Shown here in pieces: positions 46,392-55,105 of a DNA stretch of 64,000 nt. Below the pieces are notes generated by a model. The model was not told the DNA's origin. It made no database searches and worked only from the letters and a program-made list of their open reading frames with translations. The stretch is taken from NCBI GenBank assembly GCA_031385005.1, contig JANNBB010000026.1, positions 35,669 to 99,668 on the forward strand. Reading direction: 5' to 3'. The DNA is from Bacteroidota bacterium. Lineage in GTDB: Bacteria; Bacteroidota; Bacteroidia; AKYH767-A; 2013-40CM-41-45. Numbering within the stretch: the stretch's first letter is position 1; every line of letters starts with the position of its first letter. The translations under genes and the position numbers were made by a program.

Positions 46392-48533
46392 ATGGATGAA
46401 AAAGTATTGCTTCATGTGGAAGGTATGGATTGTGCCAATTGTGCCGTAACGATTACAAAAACACTTTCAAAAGAAGGATTAAAAGAAGTTAAGGTTGATT
46501 TTCTCTCCGGTGAAGTTACGTTTGACAAAAAGGATAATAAAGAAATTAACTCTGCCGTTTCCACTATTCAACGACTCGGATATAAAGTTAAAAATCCGAA
46601 TATAGGTGAGGAACCGGTGGTTGAAAAATCAATTATCGGCGAATCGAATACGAAGCAAAAGTTTTTCATTTCACTCGTTTTTACGTTGCCCCTCTTTTTT
46701 CATATGTTTCTTCCATTTTCATTCTTGCACAACCCTGTAGTTCAACTGTTGTTATGCCTTCCGGTTATGTATATCGGATTCACCCATTTTGGAAAAAGTG
46801 CATACTATTCGATTCGTGCCGGAGTTCCGAATATGGATGTGTTAATATTTATCGGTTCAACCTCAGCATTTATTTATAGTATTTTCGGTTTAATCAGTTT
46901 TTACGGAACAGAAACTGTAAATACTTATTTGTTTTTTGAAACTGCAGCAACCATTATCACACTTGTATTACTTGGCAACCTGATTGAGCAACGTTCCGTG
47001 AAACAGACAACAACTGCCATTAAGCAACTGGGAATGCTTCAGCCGCCTTTTGCAAAAAAAATTATCATCAAAGGCCTAGAGGAAGAAATTGTTAAATGCG
47101 AAGCGAAAGAATTGCAAAAGGGCGATTTGATTCTAATTAATACAGGCGACAGTATACCAACTGATGGAAAAATTCAATCAGGAAAAGGCACCTTTAATGA
47201 ATCCATGCTCACAGGCGAATCACAACCGGTTTATAAAACCGTCGGCGATCCCGTTACCAGTGGAACCATTTTAGAAGATGGAAATATAAGGTTCATAGTT
47301 GAAAAAACGGGTAATGAAACACTCCTTGCGCGTATCATTGAATTAGTAAAAGCCGCCCAGCACTCCAAACCCGAAATACAAAAGCTTGGAGATAAAATCA
47401 GCGCAATTTTTGTTCCTGTTGTCTTACTGATTTCTGTGTGTACATTTGTGTTTTATTATTTTTTCACGGATGTGTTGCTTTCCCGGGCGCTCATGAACAG
47501 CATAGCCGTACTGGTTATTTCTTGTCCATGCGCAATGGGACTAGCCACTCCCACTGCCGTAATGGTTGGATTAGGAAGAGCAGCTAAAAACGGTATACTA
47601 ATTAAAGGTGGCACTACGATAGAATCGATGTCGGGGATAAAAACAGTAGTATTTGATAAAACCGGCACACTTACAACCGGTAATTTTAAAATAAAAAAAA
47701 TCAATTGCATAGAAGGAGATGAAAATACAATTCGACAAGTATTGTATTCCCTCGAAAAAAACTCCTCCCACCCTATTGCACGGTCCGTTCAGACAGAATT
47801 AAAATCGTATTCATCGTCCGCTTTTGAATGGAAACAAATTCAGGAAGACAAAGGAATCGGAATAAACGGAACGGATTCGAATGGCGACTTATATAGTGCA
47901 GGATCTTTTCAGATGGTCAAACATTTTCATCAAGATGCGGAACATGAAATTTATTTGCTGAAGAATAATAAATTGATTGCCACAATTGACATGGAAGACG
48001 AAGTAAAAAAGGGTGTCAAAGAAGTTGTAGAAGAGCTTCAAAAAAGTGGTATGCGGGTGGTGTTACTTAGCGGGGACAGAAAGAAGAATTGTGAAAATGT
48101 GGCTTCTCAAACAGGAATTAGTGAAATATATTCAGAAAAACTTCCCGAAGAAAAATTAGCCATCCTTGATCGTCTCATGAAAGAAAATCCGACTGCTATG
48201 GTAGGAGATGGAATAAACGACTCTCCCGCTCTGGCAAAAGCAACGGTAGGGATTTCAATCAGTGATGCCTCGGATACGGCCATTCAATCTTCTCAAGTAA
48301 TTCTACTTGCAGGTAACAATCTGGATAATTTAACAAAAGCAATTGCTCTCAGCAGAATGACATTCCAGACCATTAAACAAAACCTCTTTTGGGCATTTTT
48401 CTATAATGTAATTGCCATTCCCATAGCAGCAGCAGGATTTTTGAATCCAATGATCGGAGCTTTATCCATGGCATTTTCAGATGTCTTCGTCATTGGCAAT
48501 TCTTTGCGACTACGCAAAAGAAAAATTAAATAA
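46392..48533 (+). CDS. Heavy-metal translocating P1B-type ATPase (Cu+/Ag+ or Zn/Cd type) with an N-terminal HMA domain
   Basis: HMA motif GMDCANCA, the CPC metal-transduction motif (SCPCAMGLATP), phosphorylation site DKTGTLT, and the hinge GDGINDSPAL. Confidence 0.9.
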   Translation: MDEKVLLHVEGMDCANCAVTITKTLSKEGLKEVKVDFLSGEVTFDKKDNKEINSAVSTIQRLGYKVKNPNIGEEPVVEKSIIGESNTKQKFFISLVFTLPLFFHMFLPFSFLHNPVVQLLLCLPVMYIGFTHFGKSAYYSIRAGVPNMDVLIFIGSTSAFIYSIFGLISFYGTETVNTYLFFETAATIITLVLLGNLIEQRSVKQTTTAIKQLGMLQPPFAKKIIIKGLEEEIVKCEAKELQKGDLILINTGDSIPTDGKIQSGKGTFNESMLTGESQPVYKTVGDPVTSGTILEDGNIRFIVEKTGNETLLARIIELVKAAQHSKPEIQKLGDKISAIFVPVVLLISVCTFVFYYFFTDVLLSRALMNSIAVLVISCPCAMGLATPTAVMVGLGRAAKNGILIKGGTTIESMSGIKTVVFDKTGTLTTGNFKIKKINCIEGDENTIRQVLYSLEKNSSHPIARSVQTELKSYSSSAFEWKQIQEDKGIGINGTDSNGDLYSAGSFQMVKHFHQDAEHEIYLLKNNKLIATIDMEDEVKKGVKEVVEELQKSGMRVVLLSGDRKKNCENVASQTGISEIYSEKLPEEKLAILDRLMKENPTAMVGDGINDSPALAKATVGISISDASDTAIQSSQVILLAGNNLDNLTKAIALSRMTFQTIKQNLFWAFFYNVIAIPIAAAGFLNPMIGALSMAFSDVFVIGNSLRLRKRKIK

Positions 48534-48700
48534 TAATGCGATTATTAATTTCCCGATTAAGATTTAAATTACACCTCACCAATCATCCTCCATCCATAAT
48601 TTCAAATTGATCCAGAAAATTTTCATACCCGTTGTTTTCTTCTTACTTTTCGCCGTTACTTTTACTGAAGTAAATCCTGCTCAATTTTCTTTTTTGAAAC

Positions 48701-49858
48701 ATGTCTGAACCAAAAAATATCTGGATGCTAACCAAATGGTATCCAAACCGGGAAGATCCTCAGTTTGGGGTTTTTATTCAGAAGCATGTTCGAGTAATTG
48801 GTCGTCATAACCGCATCAGTGTTTTATACATCCATTCCACAACTAAAATATCTTCTACTTTTGAAATAGAGGAAAAAGAAAATTCAGGAATACATGAAGT
48901 AATCGTTTACTTTAGAAGGCAGTCAACTACTTTAGGGAAAATCATTAATTTATTCAGATTCCTGATTGCTTTAAACAAGGGAATTTTACGGCTAAAAGTT
49001 AAAAATCCCCGACCGGAAATCATCCATAGTTACATACTTTTAAGAACGGGAATAGTTGCCTGGTTTTTATCCAGACGAAGAAAAATTCCATTTGTTATTT
49101 CAGAACAATGGTCCGGTTACCTAACAGGAAATTTCCTGAAGAGCTCCCTTATCCGCCAATACCTTTCTCGTAAACTTGTTAAAAAGGCATCTGCAGTGAG
49201 CAGTGTTTCTAAATTTTTATTTAACAGAATGCAGGATTGCGGATTGAAGAATTCTAATTTTCATATCATCCCGAATATAATAGAAATTCCTCCCGACAGA
49301 AAAAATTCAGAAAGTCCATTCGTGCGAGTGCTTGTTGTAGCTGATCTGGTAGACGAAATAAAAAACATTAGCGGATTGATAAGAATGATTTCCGAATTGC
49401 CGGAGGACCTTCACTTTCAACTAAAAATTATTGGGCATGGAAAAGATGAAGCAACATTAAAGAAACTTGCATCTTCATTTAATCTGTTGAATACTAAAAT
49501 TTTCTTTGAAGGATTAAAGACGAATGAAGGGGTGTATCAATATTTACTGGATAGTGATTTTCTGGTTATGAACAGTTTGTATGAAACTTTTTCGCTCATT
49601 TGTGCCGAAGCCATGAGTTGTGGAAAACCTGTATTGGCAACCCGCTGCGGAGGACCCAATGAATTCATTACTGCTGAAACCGGAATTCTGACCGAACCCG
49701 GTAACAAAAGCGAGTTAAAGAAGAATTTCCTTTTTATGTTAGCCAACCACCGATCTTTCAACCCTGTGATAATCAGAGAATACGTTCAAAACCTGTTTTC
49801 TCAGAGTAAAGTTAGCCAAGACTTTCAACGATTTTATGAATCCATTGTAAAGAAATAG
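48701..49858 (+). CDS. Glycosyltransferase family 4 protein
   Basis: GT-B fold with the C-terminal EX7E-like region (FSLICAEAMSCGKPVLATRCGGPNEFI). Confidence 0.75.
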   Translation: MSEPKNIWMLTKWYPNREDPQFGVFIQKHVRVIGRHNRISVLYIHSTTKISSTFEIEEKENSGIHEVIVYFRRQSTTLGKIINLFRFLIALNKGILRLKVKNPRPEIIHSYILLRTGIVAWFLSRRRKIPFVISEQWSGYLTGNFLKSSLIRQYLSRKLVKKASAVSSVSKFLFNRMQDCGLKNSNFHIIPNIIEIPPDRKNSESPFVRVLVVADLVDEIKNISGLIRMISELPEDLHFQLKIIGHGKDEATLKKLASSFNLLNTKIFFEGLKTNEGVYQYLLDSDFLVMNSLYETFSLICAEAMSCGKPVLATRCGGPNEFITAETGILTEPGNKSELKKNFLFMLANHRSFNPVIIREYVQNLFSQSKVSQDFQRFYESIVKK

Positions 49859-49994
49859 CTTAATATTTTGGCTAAAAAAGGGATAATGAATTACAAAAAA
49901 ATGTTAATATTCAATCTGACACAGATATGACTGAAAACAGCCCTTTCATAGGGAAATGTGACATATTATTGTTTGTAAAAGCCAATCCTTTAAT

Positions 49995-50002
49995 TAAATT
50001 TG
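49995..50002 (+). promoter_or_regulatory. Bacteroidota -7 promoter element
   Basis: TAAATTTG lies 55 nt upstream of the ATG at 50058. Confidence 0.3.
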
Positions 50003-50057
50003 CAACTCAATATTACTTACTGGTACAAATCGTTTAAACTAAAATCAAAAAAATAAA

Positions 50058-52046
50058 ATGAAAAAAAGTTTACTATTAAGCCTGGCCGTTGCCCTTGGAA
50101 TTGGCGCAATCGCTCAGGTAAATCAAAGTCTGCCTGTCGGATTTCGCAAGGCAAATTTACCTGCTGCACTTAAAAACTACAGCGTAAGGGTACCTTACCG
50201 TTCTGAAGTAATTGACAACCAGGTTCCGCTTTCAACACTTGCTATTCCTCATGCAAATGCAAGAACAGCACAACCTGTAGCAAATGAAACAGTAATTGGT
50301 TGTACTTTTTATGATTTACAAACAAACAATTCAATCAGCAATCGTTTGGTTGTAAACACGGATGGTACAATTGCAGCTGCATGGACATTTTCACCGGATG
50401 CCATTCAAACGACAACTCCTGTATTCCCTAACCGTGGATCAGGTTACAATTACTATGATGGTGCAAACTGGAGCAATCCGGGTTGTCCAATGACTCGTGA
50501 AGAAGGAAGCGTTCGTACCGGTTTTACAAACATCGTAAACACGGCTAGCGGAAATGAAATGTTAATTGCTCACTCAGCCGTTACAGGTCAGGCATATAAC
50601 AGAATTTCTGTTGCCAGAAGAGCTACTAAAGGTACCGGTGCCTGGACAATTTCATATCCATGGGGATCTACATCTACTGATACTTGGCCAAAAGCTACTA
50701 GTGCCGGAGATAACGTTTACGTTGTTTTCCAAGGTCAAGGCGCCAGCGGTTCAACTACTGTAACTCCGGCTCCGGTTTTAGGTCAAAGCGGTCCGATTTT
50801 CTACTCTCAATCTACTGACGGAGGTGTTACTTTCTCTCCAAAGTGGGTAAATCCTCTAATCGATTCTACACAATACAAAGGTTTTGGCGGCGATAGTTAT
50901 TGCATCGATGCTAAAGACAGCATTGTTGTTCTCGGTTTTGGTGATACATATACCGATGTTGGTTTTTTAAAGTCAACAGACTATGGTCAAACATGGACGA
51001 AGACAATCATCCAAACACATCCTATTCCTTTTTATACTGACGATTCTTTAACAGATGAAAATCATGATGGAACAATCGATACATTATTTACAAATGGTGG
51101 TGACATCAAAGTGTTAATTGACAATAACGGTCTTGTTCATGCCTGGTTCTCTGCTTTACGTTACTACAATGATTCAGCTAGCGACGGTTTCTACAATCCA
51201 ATGTGGGGAACAGATGGTCTTGAATACTGGAATGAGAACATGCCTTCAAATGGTTATGTTGAAATTACGGCTTCTCAGGATTATAATGGAAACAACATAC
51301 TTGATGTTCCTTCCGATACATTCCCGGGAAATAGTCCATGTGATGTAATTTTGCCTTGGGGTGAGTATAGCGGTGGTATTACAATTATGCCATCTGCCGG
51401 AATTGATGCCTCAGGTAAAATTTATATGACCTATGCTACTATCAATGAAAGTGCTGATACTACAGATTTCCACGAAGCACACCGTCATATCTACATGATG
51501 ACTCTTGCACCACCTTACGATCCTGCAACTTGGACATATCCATACAACATTATCCCTTCACAAGCAGATGGTGGATTAGGAGAATATCAGGAAGGATCTT
51601 TCGCTTGTACAGGACGTTTAGTTGATAATACTTATGCTTACGTATTATATCAGCGTGACGATGCTCCGGGTCATGGTTTAGCTCGTGCAACTTCTTGCGA
51701 TCTTCACTTTAATCTTGGTAACTCAAGCGACATTTTACTTACAAAAGTTGAAACAGCTGTTGTAGGCGTAAAAAATGCTCCACAAAACGATTTATTTGTT
51801 AGCCAAAACTACCCTAACCCATCTGTTGGAATGACACACATCAACATTGGCTTAAAGAAATCAGCTGATATTCGTTTTGAAGTTTATGATATCATTGGAA
51901 AAGTTGTTTACTCAGAGACTCGTAAACAGTCTGTTGCAGGAAACCATACCATTAACCTGAACACAGCTTCTTTCGAGCCGGGAATTTATACCTACTCAGT
52001 AATTGCCGGTGGACAAAAATCTACACGTCAAATGATTGTTCAATAA
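50058..52046 (+). CDS. Secreted protein with a T9SS C-terminal sorting domain (function unknown)
   Basis: Signal peptide MKKSLLLSLAVALGIGAIAQ. The last ~85 aa form a T9SS type A CTD (NYPNPSVGMTHINIGL...GIYTYSVIAGGQKSTRQMIVQ). Confidence 0.75.
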   Translation: MKKSLLLSLAVALGIGAIAQVNQSLPVGFRKANLPAALKNYSVRVPYRSEVIDNQVPLSTLAIPHANARTAQPVANETVIGCTFYDLQTNNSISNRLVVNTDGTIAAAWTFSPDAIQTTTPVFPNRGSGYNYYDGANWSNPGCPMTREEGSVRTGFTNIVNTASGNEMLIAHSAVTGQAYNRISVARRATKGTGAWTISYPWGSTSTDTWPKATSAGDNVYVVFQGQGASGSTTVTPAPVLGQSGPIFYSQSTDGGVTFSPKWVNPLIDSTQYKGFGGDSYCIDAKDSIVVLGFGDTYTDVGFLKSTDYGQTWTKTIIQTHPIPFYTDDSLTDENHDGTIDTLFTNGGDIKVLIDNNGLVHAWFSALRYYNDSASDGFYNPMWGTDGLEYWNENMPSNGYVEITASQDYNGNNILDVPSDTFPGNSPCDVILPWGEYSGGITIMPSAGIDASGKIYMTYATINESADTTDFHEAHRHIYMMTLAPPYDPATWTYPYNIIPSQADGGLGEYQEGSFACTGRLVDNTYAYVLYQRDDAPGHGLARATSCDLHFNLGNSSDILLTKVETAVVGVKNAPQNDLFVSQNYPNPSVGMTHINIGLKKSADIRFEVYDIIGKVVYSETRKQSVAGNHTINLNTASFEPGIYTYSVIAGGQKSTRQMIVQ

Positions 52047-52060
52047 TTAGTTTAGATTAT

Positions 52061-52093
52061 AAAAAAAACCTCCTTTACGGGAGGTTTTTTTTT
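52061..52093. terminator. Bidirectional rho-independent terminator between convergent genes
   Basis: A8-CCTCC-TTTACG-GGAGG-T9: the stem CCTCC / GGAGG is flanked by an A-run and a T-run. Confidence 0.8.
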
Positions 52094-52148
52094 GACTAAA
52101 AGTTTTGCTTTGACTTATTAAGAACTCAATGAATCAGCCTTTCTTCAA

Positions 52149-52865
52149 TTAGATTAAATCGAAAAAATCTTTGACACCTGGAGTGCGATGGACTAAAAAT
52201 CCTTCTGCATATTTAACACCCATAGGTCTGCCCATTTCAATAGCTCTTGCTTCGAGAAAATGAATAAAGTCCTCTCCGGAAATCGGAGTTTCCGGCTCTG
52301 AAGATTCTGCATTATAAAACTGAGAAGAAAATGCCAGGATGGTTTTCATTTTTCTATCCCAAACAGCAGTTACATCAATAGCCAAATCAGGTAAAATATG
52401 CCTGTCCTGAATATAATGATATAAGGCCTTTACCTTCCATTTCTCTTGTGGAACGTTGGCTTCTTTCGTTTCAACTTTCAATAAACCGGCAAGAAAAACA
52501 GCATTGGCAACAAGCATAGAAGCCCTTCCGTGATCAGGATGTCTATCGTGCTTGGCATTTGCTAAAACAATTTCAGGGCGGTATTTTCGAATTGCAGCAA
52601 CAATGGCAAGTTGATGAGCTTTATCATTCAAAAAAAAGCCATCATCCATATTCAGGTTTTCCCTAACGTGTATTCCCAATATTTCAGAGGCGGCTGCAGC
52701 TTCTTTAGATCGTAGTTCAGCGCTTCCTCTTGTTCCTAACTCCCCTTTTGTCAGGTCGATAATACCACATTTATATCCTTTATCAATATGTATCAATAAT
52801 GTTCCTGAAGCGCCTAATTCGACATCATCGGGATGAGCACCGAAGGCCAGAATATCTAATTTCAT
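52149..52865 (-). CDS. bshB1: Bacillithiol biosynthesis deacetylase BshB1 (PIG-L/LmbE family)
   Basis: N-terminus ILAFGAHPDDVELGASGTL, the HPDH motif, and the C-terminal AEGF, with close overall resemblance to BshB1. Confidence 0.8.
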   Translation of the reverse strand: MKLDILAFGAHPDDVELGASGTLLIHIDKGYKCGIIDLTKGELGTRGSAELRSKEAAAASEILGIHVRENLNMDDGFFLNDKAHQLAIVAAIRKYRPEIVLANAKHDRHPDHGRASMLVANAVFLAGLLKVETKEANVPQEKWKVKALYHYIQDRHILPDLAIDVTAVWDRKMKTILAFSSQFYNAESSEPETPISGEDFIHFLEARAIEMGRPMGVKYAEGFLVHRTPGVKDFFDLI

Positions 52866-52975
52866 AATTTTAAATTGAGGTTTAAAAATAATAAAAGCCG
52901 CAAAACAGCCTGTTGGTATTAAATTCTTTTCTAATTTCGGACTTCTAAAAACTCACTAATCCGTCAAGTACTTTT

Positions 52976-53629
52976 ATGCAACAAATTTTATTTCTGATCG
53001 ATAAAGAAATTAAACTTGAATGGAAGCAAAAGTATGCATTTAACGGCATTTTATTGTATGTAGGTGCGACCGTCTTTATTTGTTATTTATCTTTCCGTGA
53101 GATAGTAGATGTACCGGTATGGAATGCACTTTTTTGGATCATTCAGTTATTCGCGGGAGTTAATGCAATTGCAAAAAGCTTTCTGCAGGAATCAAGAGGA
53201 AGAGCATTGTATTATTATATAATTGCAGACCCCAGAGATGTCATTATTTCTAAAATCATTTATAATTTTATGTTGATGATGCTTTTATCTGTCATTAACT
53301 TTCTGTTTTATTCGGTATTAATCGGAAATCCGGTAGAAAATATTCCCATGTTTTTCTTCACCCTTGTCTTAGGAAGCATGGGATTGTCCTCTGTTTTATC
53401 GATGGTTTCCGCTATTGCATCCAAAGCAGGTCATAGCGCTGCACTGATGCCAATTTTGAGCTTCCCAATACTACTTCCGCTATTGATGACAACAATCAGA
53501 TTATCAAAAAACGCGATTGATGGTCTTGACTGGGCTGTTAATCAGCAATTTGTTATAATTCTGCTTTCCTTAAACATACTTATTATAGCTATGGGATATC
53601 TGCTCTTTCCTTATCTTTGGAAAGAATAG
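52976..53629 (+). CDS. ccmB: Heme exporter protein CcmB-like (cytochrome c maturation System I)
   Basis: 217-aa polytopic membrane protein with six predicted TM helices, sitting directly upstream of ccmC. Confidence 0.65.
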   Translation: MQQILFLIDKEIKLEWKQKYAFNGILLYVGATVFICYLSFREIVDVPVWNALFWIIQLFAGVNAIAKSFLQESRGRALYYYIIADPRDVIISKIIYNFMLMMLLSVINFLFYSVLIGNPVENIPMFFFTLVLGSMGLSSVLSMVSAIASKAGHSAALMPILSFPILLPLLMTTIRLSKNAIDGLDWAVNQQFVIILLSLNILIIAMGYLLFPYLWKE

Positions 53630-53697
53630 AAATGATGTTACACTTAACATGATATTTATAAAAAGAAATTATCGTAAAAAAACAATTCCCGACTTAA

Positions 53698-54378
53698 ATG
53701 CACGATAACAAAACAGATTCAATTTTAAACATCGCTTGGTGGAAATGGCTTTGCATTGTATTGTTATTATCCACCTTTTTTTGGGGGTTTCTTGTTCCTG
53801 TCCCTCGTTTACCGATTTTACATGAAAGTATCCGAAACCTATTTTTTCATGTAACGATATGGTTTGCCATGATTATTCTAATGACCTGTTCTTTGGTTTA
53901 CGGAATAAAATATTTACGCACCAACAATATTGACTTCGATATTAAGGCAGAAAAATATACGGTAACCGGAATTTTTTTAGGGATTATTGGATTAATAACC
54001 GGTAGCATATGGGCGAAGAATACTTGGGGTGCCTGGTGGATAAACGACGCCAAACTCAATGGAGCAGCTGCAGCCATGCTCGTATACCTGGCCTATATGG
54101 TGTTAAGAGGTTCAATCGATGATGAAACAAAGAGAGCACGAATTTCATCTGTTTATGGAATTTTTTCTTTTGTAATGATGCTTGTTTTTATCATGATTCT
54201 CCCTCGTCTTACAGTATCCTTGCATCCCGGTAACGGCGGGAATCCGGGATTTAATGCATATGACCTAGACAATACAATGAGAAAATTATTTTACCCGGCT
54301 ATAATTGCCCAGACTCTATTAGGTGTTTGGATTACAGAAATACTTGTACGTATACAACGACTAACCAATAAAGAATAA
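53698..54378 (+). CDS. ccmC: Heme exporter protein CcmC
   Basis: Trp-rich WWD-type region WAKNTWGAWWINDAKLNGAAA, plus conserved His residues. Confidence 0.8.
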   Translation: MHDNKTDSILNIAWWKWLCIVLLLSTFFWGFLVPVPRLPILHESIRNLFFHVTIWFAMIILMTCSLVYGIKYLRTNNIDFDIKAEKYTVTGIFLGIIGLITGSIWAKNTWGAWWINDAKLNGAAAAMLVYLAYMVLRGSIDDETKRARISSVYGIFSFVMMLVFIMILPRLTVSLHPGNGGNPGFNAYDLDNTMRKLFYPAIIAQTLLGVWITEILVRIQRLTNKE

Positions 54379-54383
54379 CAACT

Positions 54384-54617
54384 ATGATCAGGAAATATTT
54401 TTTAACTGTTTTTTCATTTTGTATTTTTTCAATTGTTAATCCATTACAAATTATTGCACAGGAAAGTGATATTGAAATGGCTGATGTCATGCGAGGCAAT
54501 GGAAAAATTTATGTAGTCGTTGCAGTGGTTGGAGTTATTCTTTCCTGCTTGTTAGTTTTCCTGATGATTATCGATAAAAAGGTCAGAAAACTTGAAAAAA
54601 ACCACAAGAAAAACTAG
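54384..54617 (+). CDS. ccmD: CcmD family protein (Bacteroidota alternative type)
   Basis: 77 aa. The motif MADVMRGNGKIYVVVAVVGVIL, then a single TM helix and a basic tail. Located between ccmC and ccmE. Confidence 0.6.
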   Translation: MIRKYFLTVFSFCIFSIVNPLQIIAQESDIEMADVMRGNGKIYVVVAVVGVILSCLLVFLMIIDKKVRKLEKNHKKN

Positions 54618-54650
54618 TTCTTGGGATTCCTGAATTGCCGAATTAAATCG

Positions 54651-54658
54651 TAAATTTG
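54651..54658 (+). promoter_or_regulatory. Bacteroidota -7 promoter element (possible internal promoter)
   Basis: TAAATTTG lies 21 nt upstream of the ccmE ATG. Confidence 0.3.
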
Positions 54659-54678
54659 CAATAATTAACCTATTCAGG

Positions 54679-55083
54679 ATGAAAAAGTCACATGTCATCG
54701 CATTAGTCATTATTGCATTAGCAATTGGTGCAATAATTAGCACACTGGCGGATTCCAGCACCTATGCCACATTTAAAACAGCGGAAGAAAATCCTAAGAA
54801 ATCATTCCACGTTGTTGGGAAACTAAACAAAAACATGCCTCAGGAATACAATCCTCAGGTGGATGCAGATGTTTTTTCCTTTTTTCTAATCGACAATGAA
54901 GGAAAAGAAAAAAAGGTCTTATTAAATAAAGCACGGCCTCAGGATTTTGAAAAATCAGAACAGATTGTAGTCATCGGAAAGATGCAAGATGACAATTTTG
55001 TTGCTTCTGATGTTTTAATGAAATGTCCTTCTAAATACAACAATCCGAAGGAAGACATGAAGAAGATGAGTTCAAGTGAATAG
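54679..55083 (+). CDS. ccmE: Cytochrome c maturation heme chaperone CcmE, CxxxY variant
   Basis: N-terminal TM anchor and an OB-fold core. The heme-binding site reads KCPSKY (CxxxY) in place of the canonical HxxxY. Confidence 0.7.
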   Translation: MKKSHVIALVIIALAIGAIISTLADSSTYATFKTAEENPKKSFHVVGKLNKNMPQEYNPQVDADVFSFFLIDNEGKEKKVLLNKARPQDFEKSEQIVVIGKMQDDNFVASDVLMKCPSKYNNPKEDMKKMSSSE

Positions 55084-55105
55084 TGTTTTTTAAAGTAATT
55101 TCAGA

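Noticed and set aside
46266-46392. The tRNA-His as the boundary of a genomic island containing the metal ATPase
   Set aside because: There is no integrase, no direct repeat of the tRNA 3' end downstream, and no compositional shift. The ATPase has its own -7 element and looks like ordinary chromosomal context.
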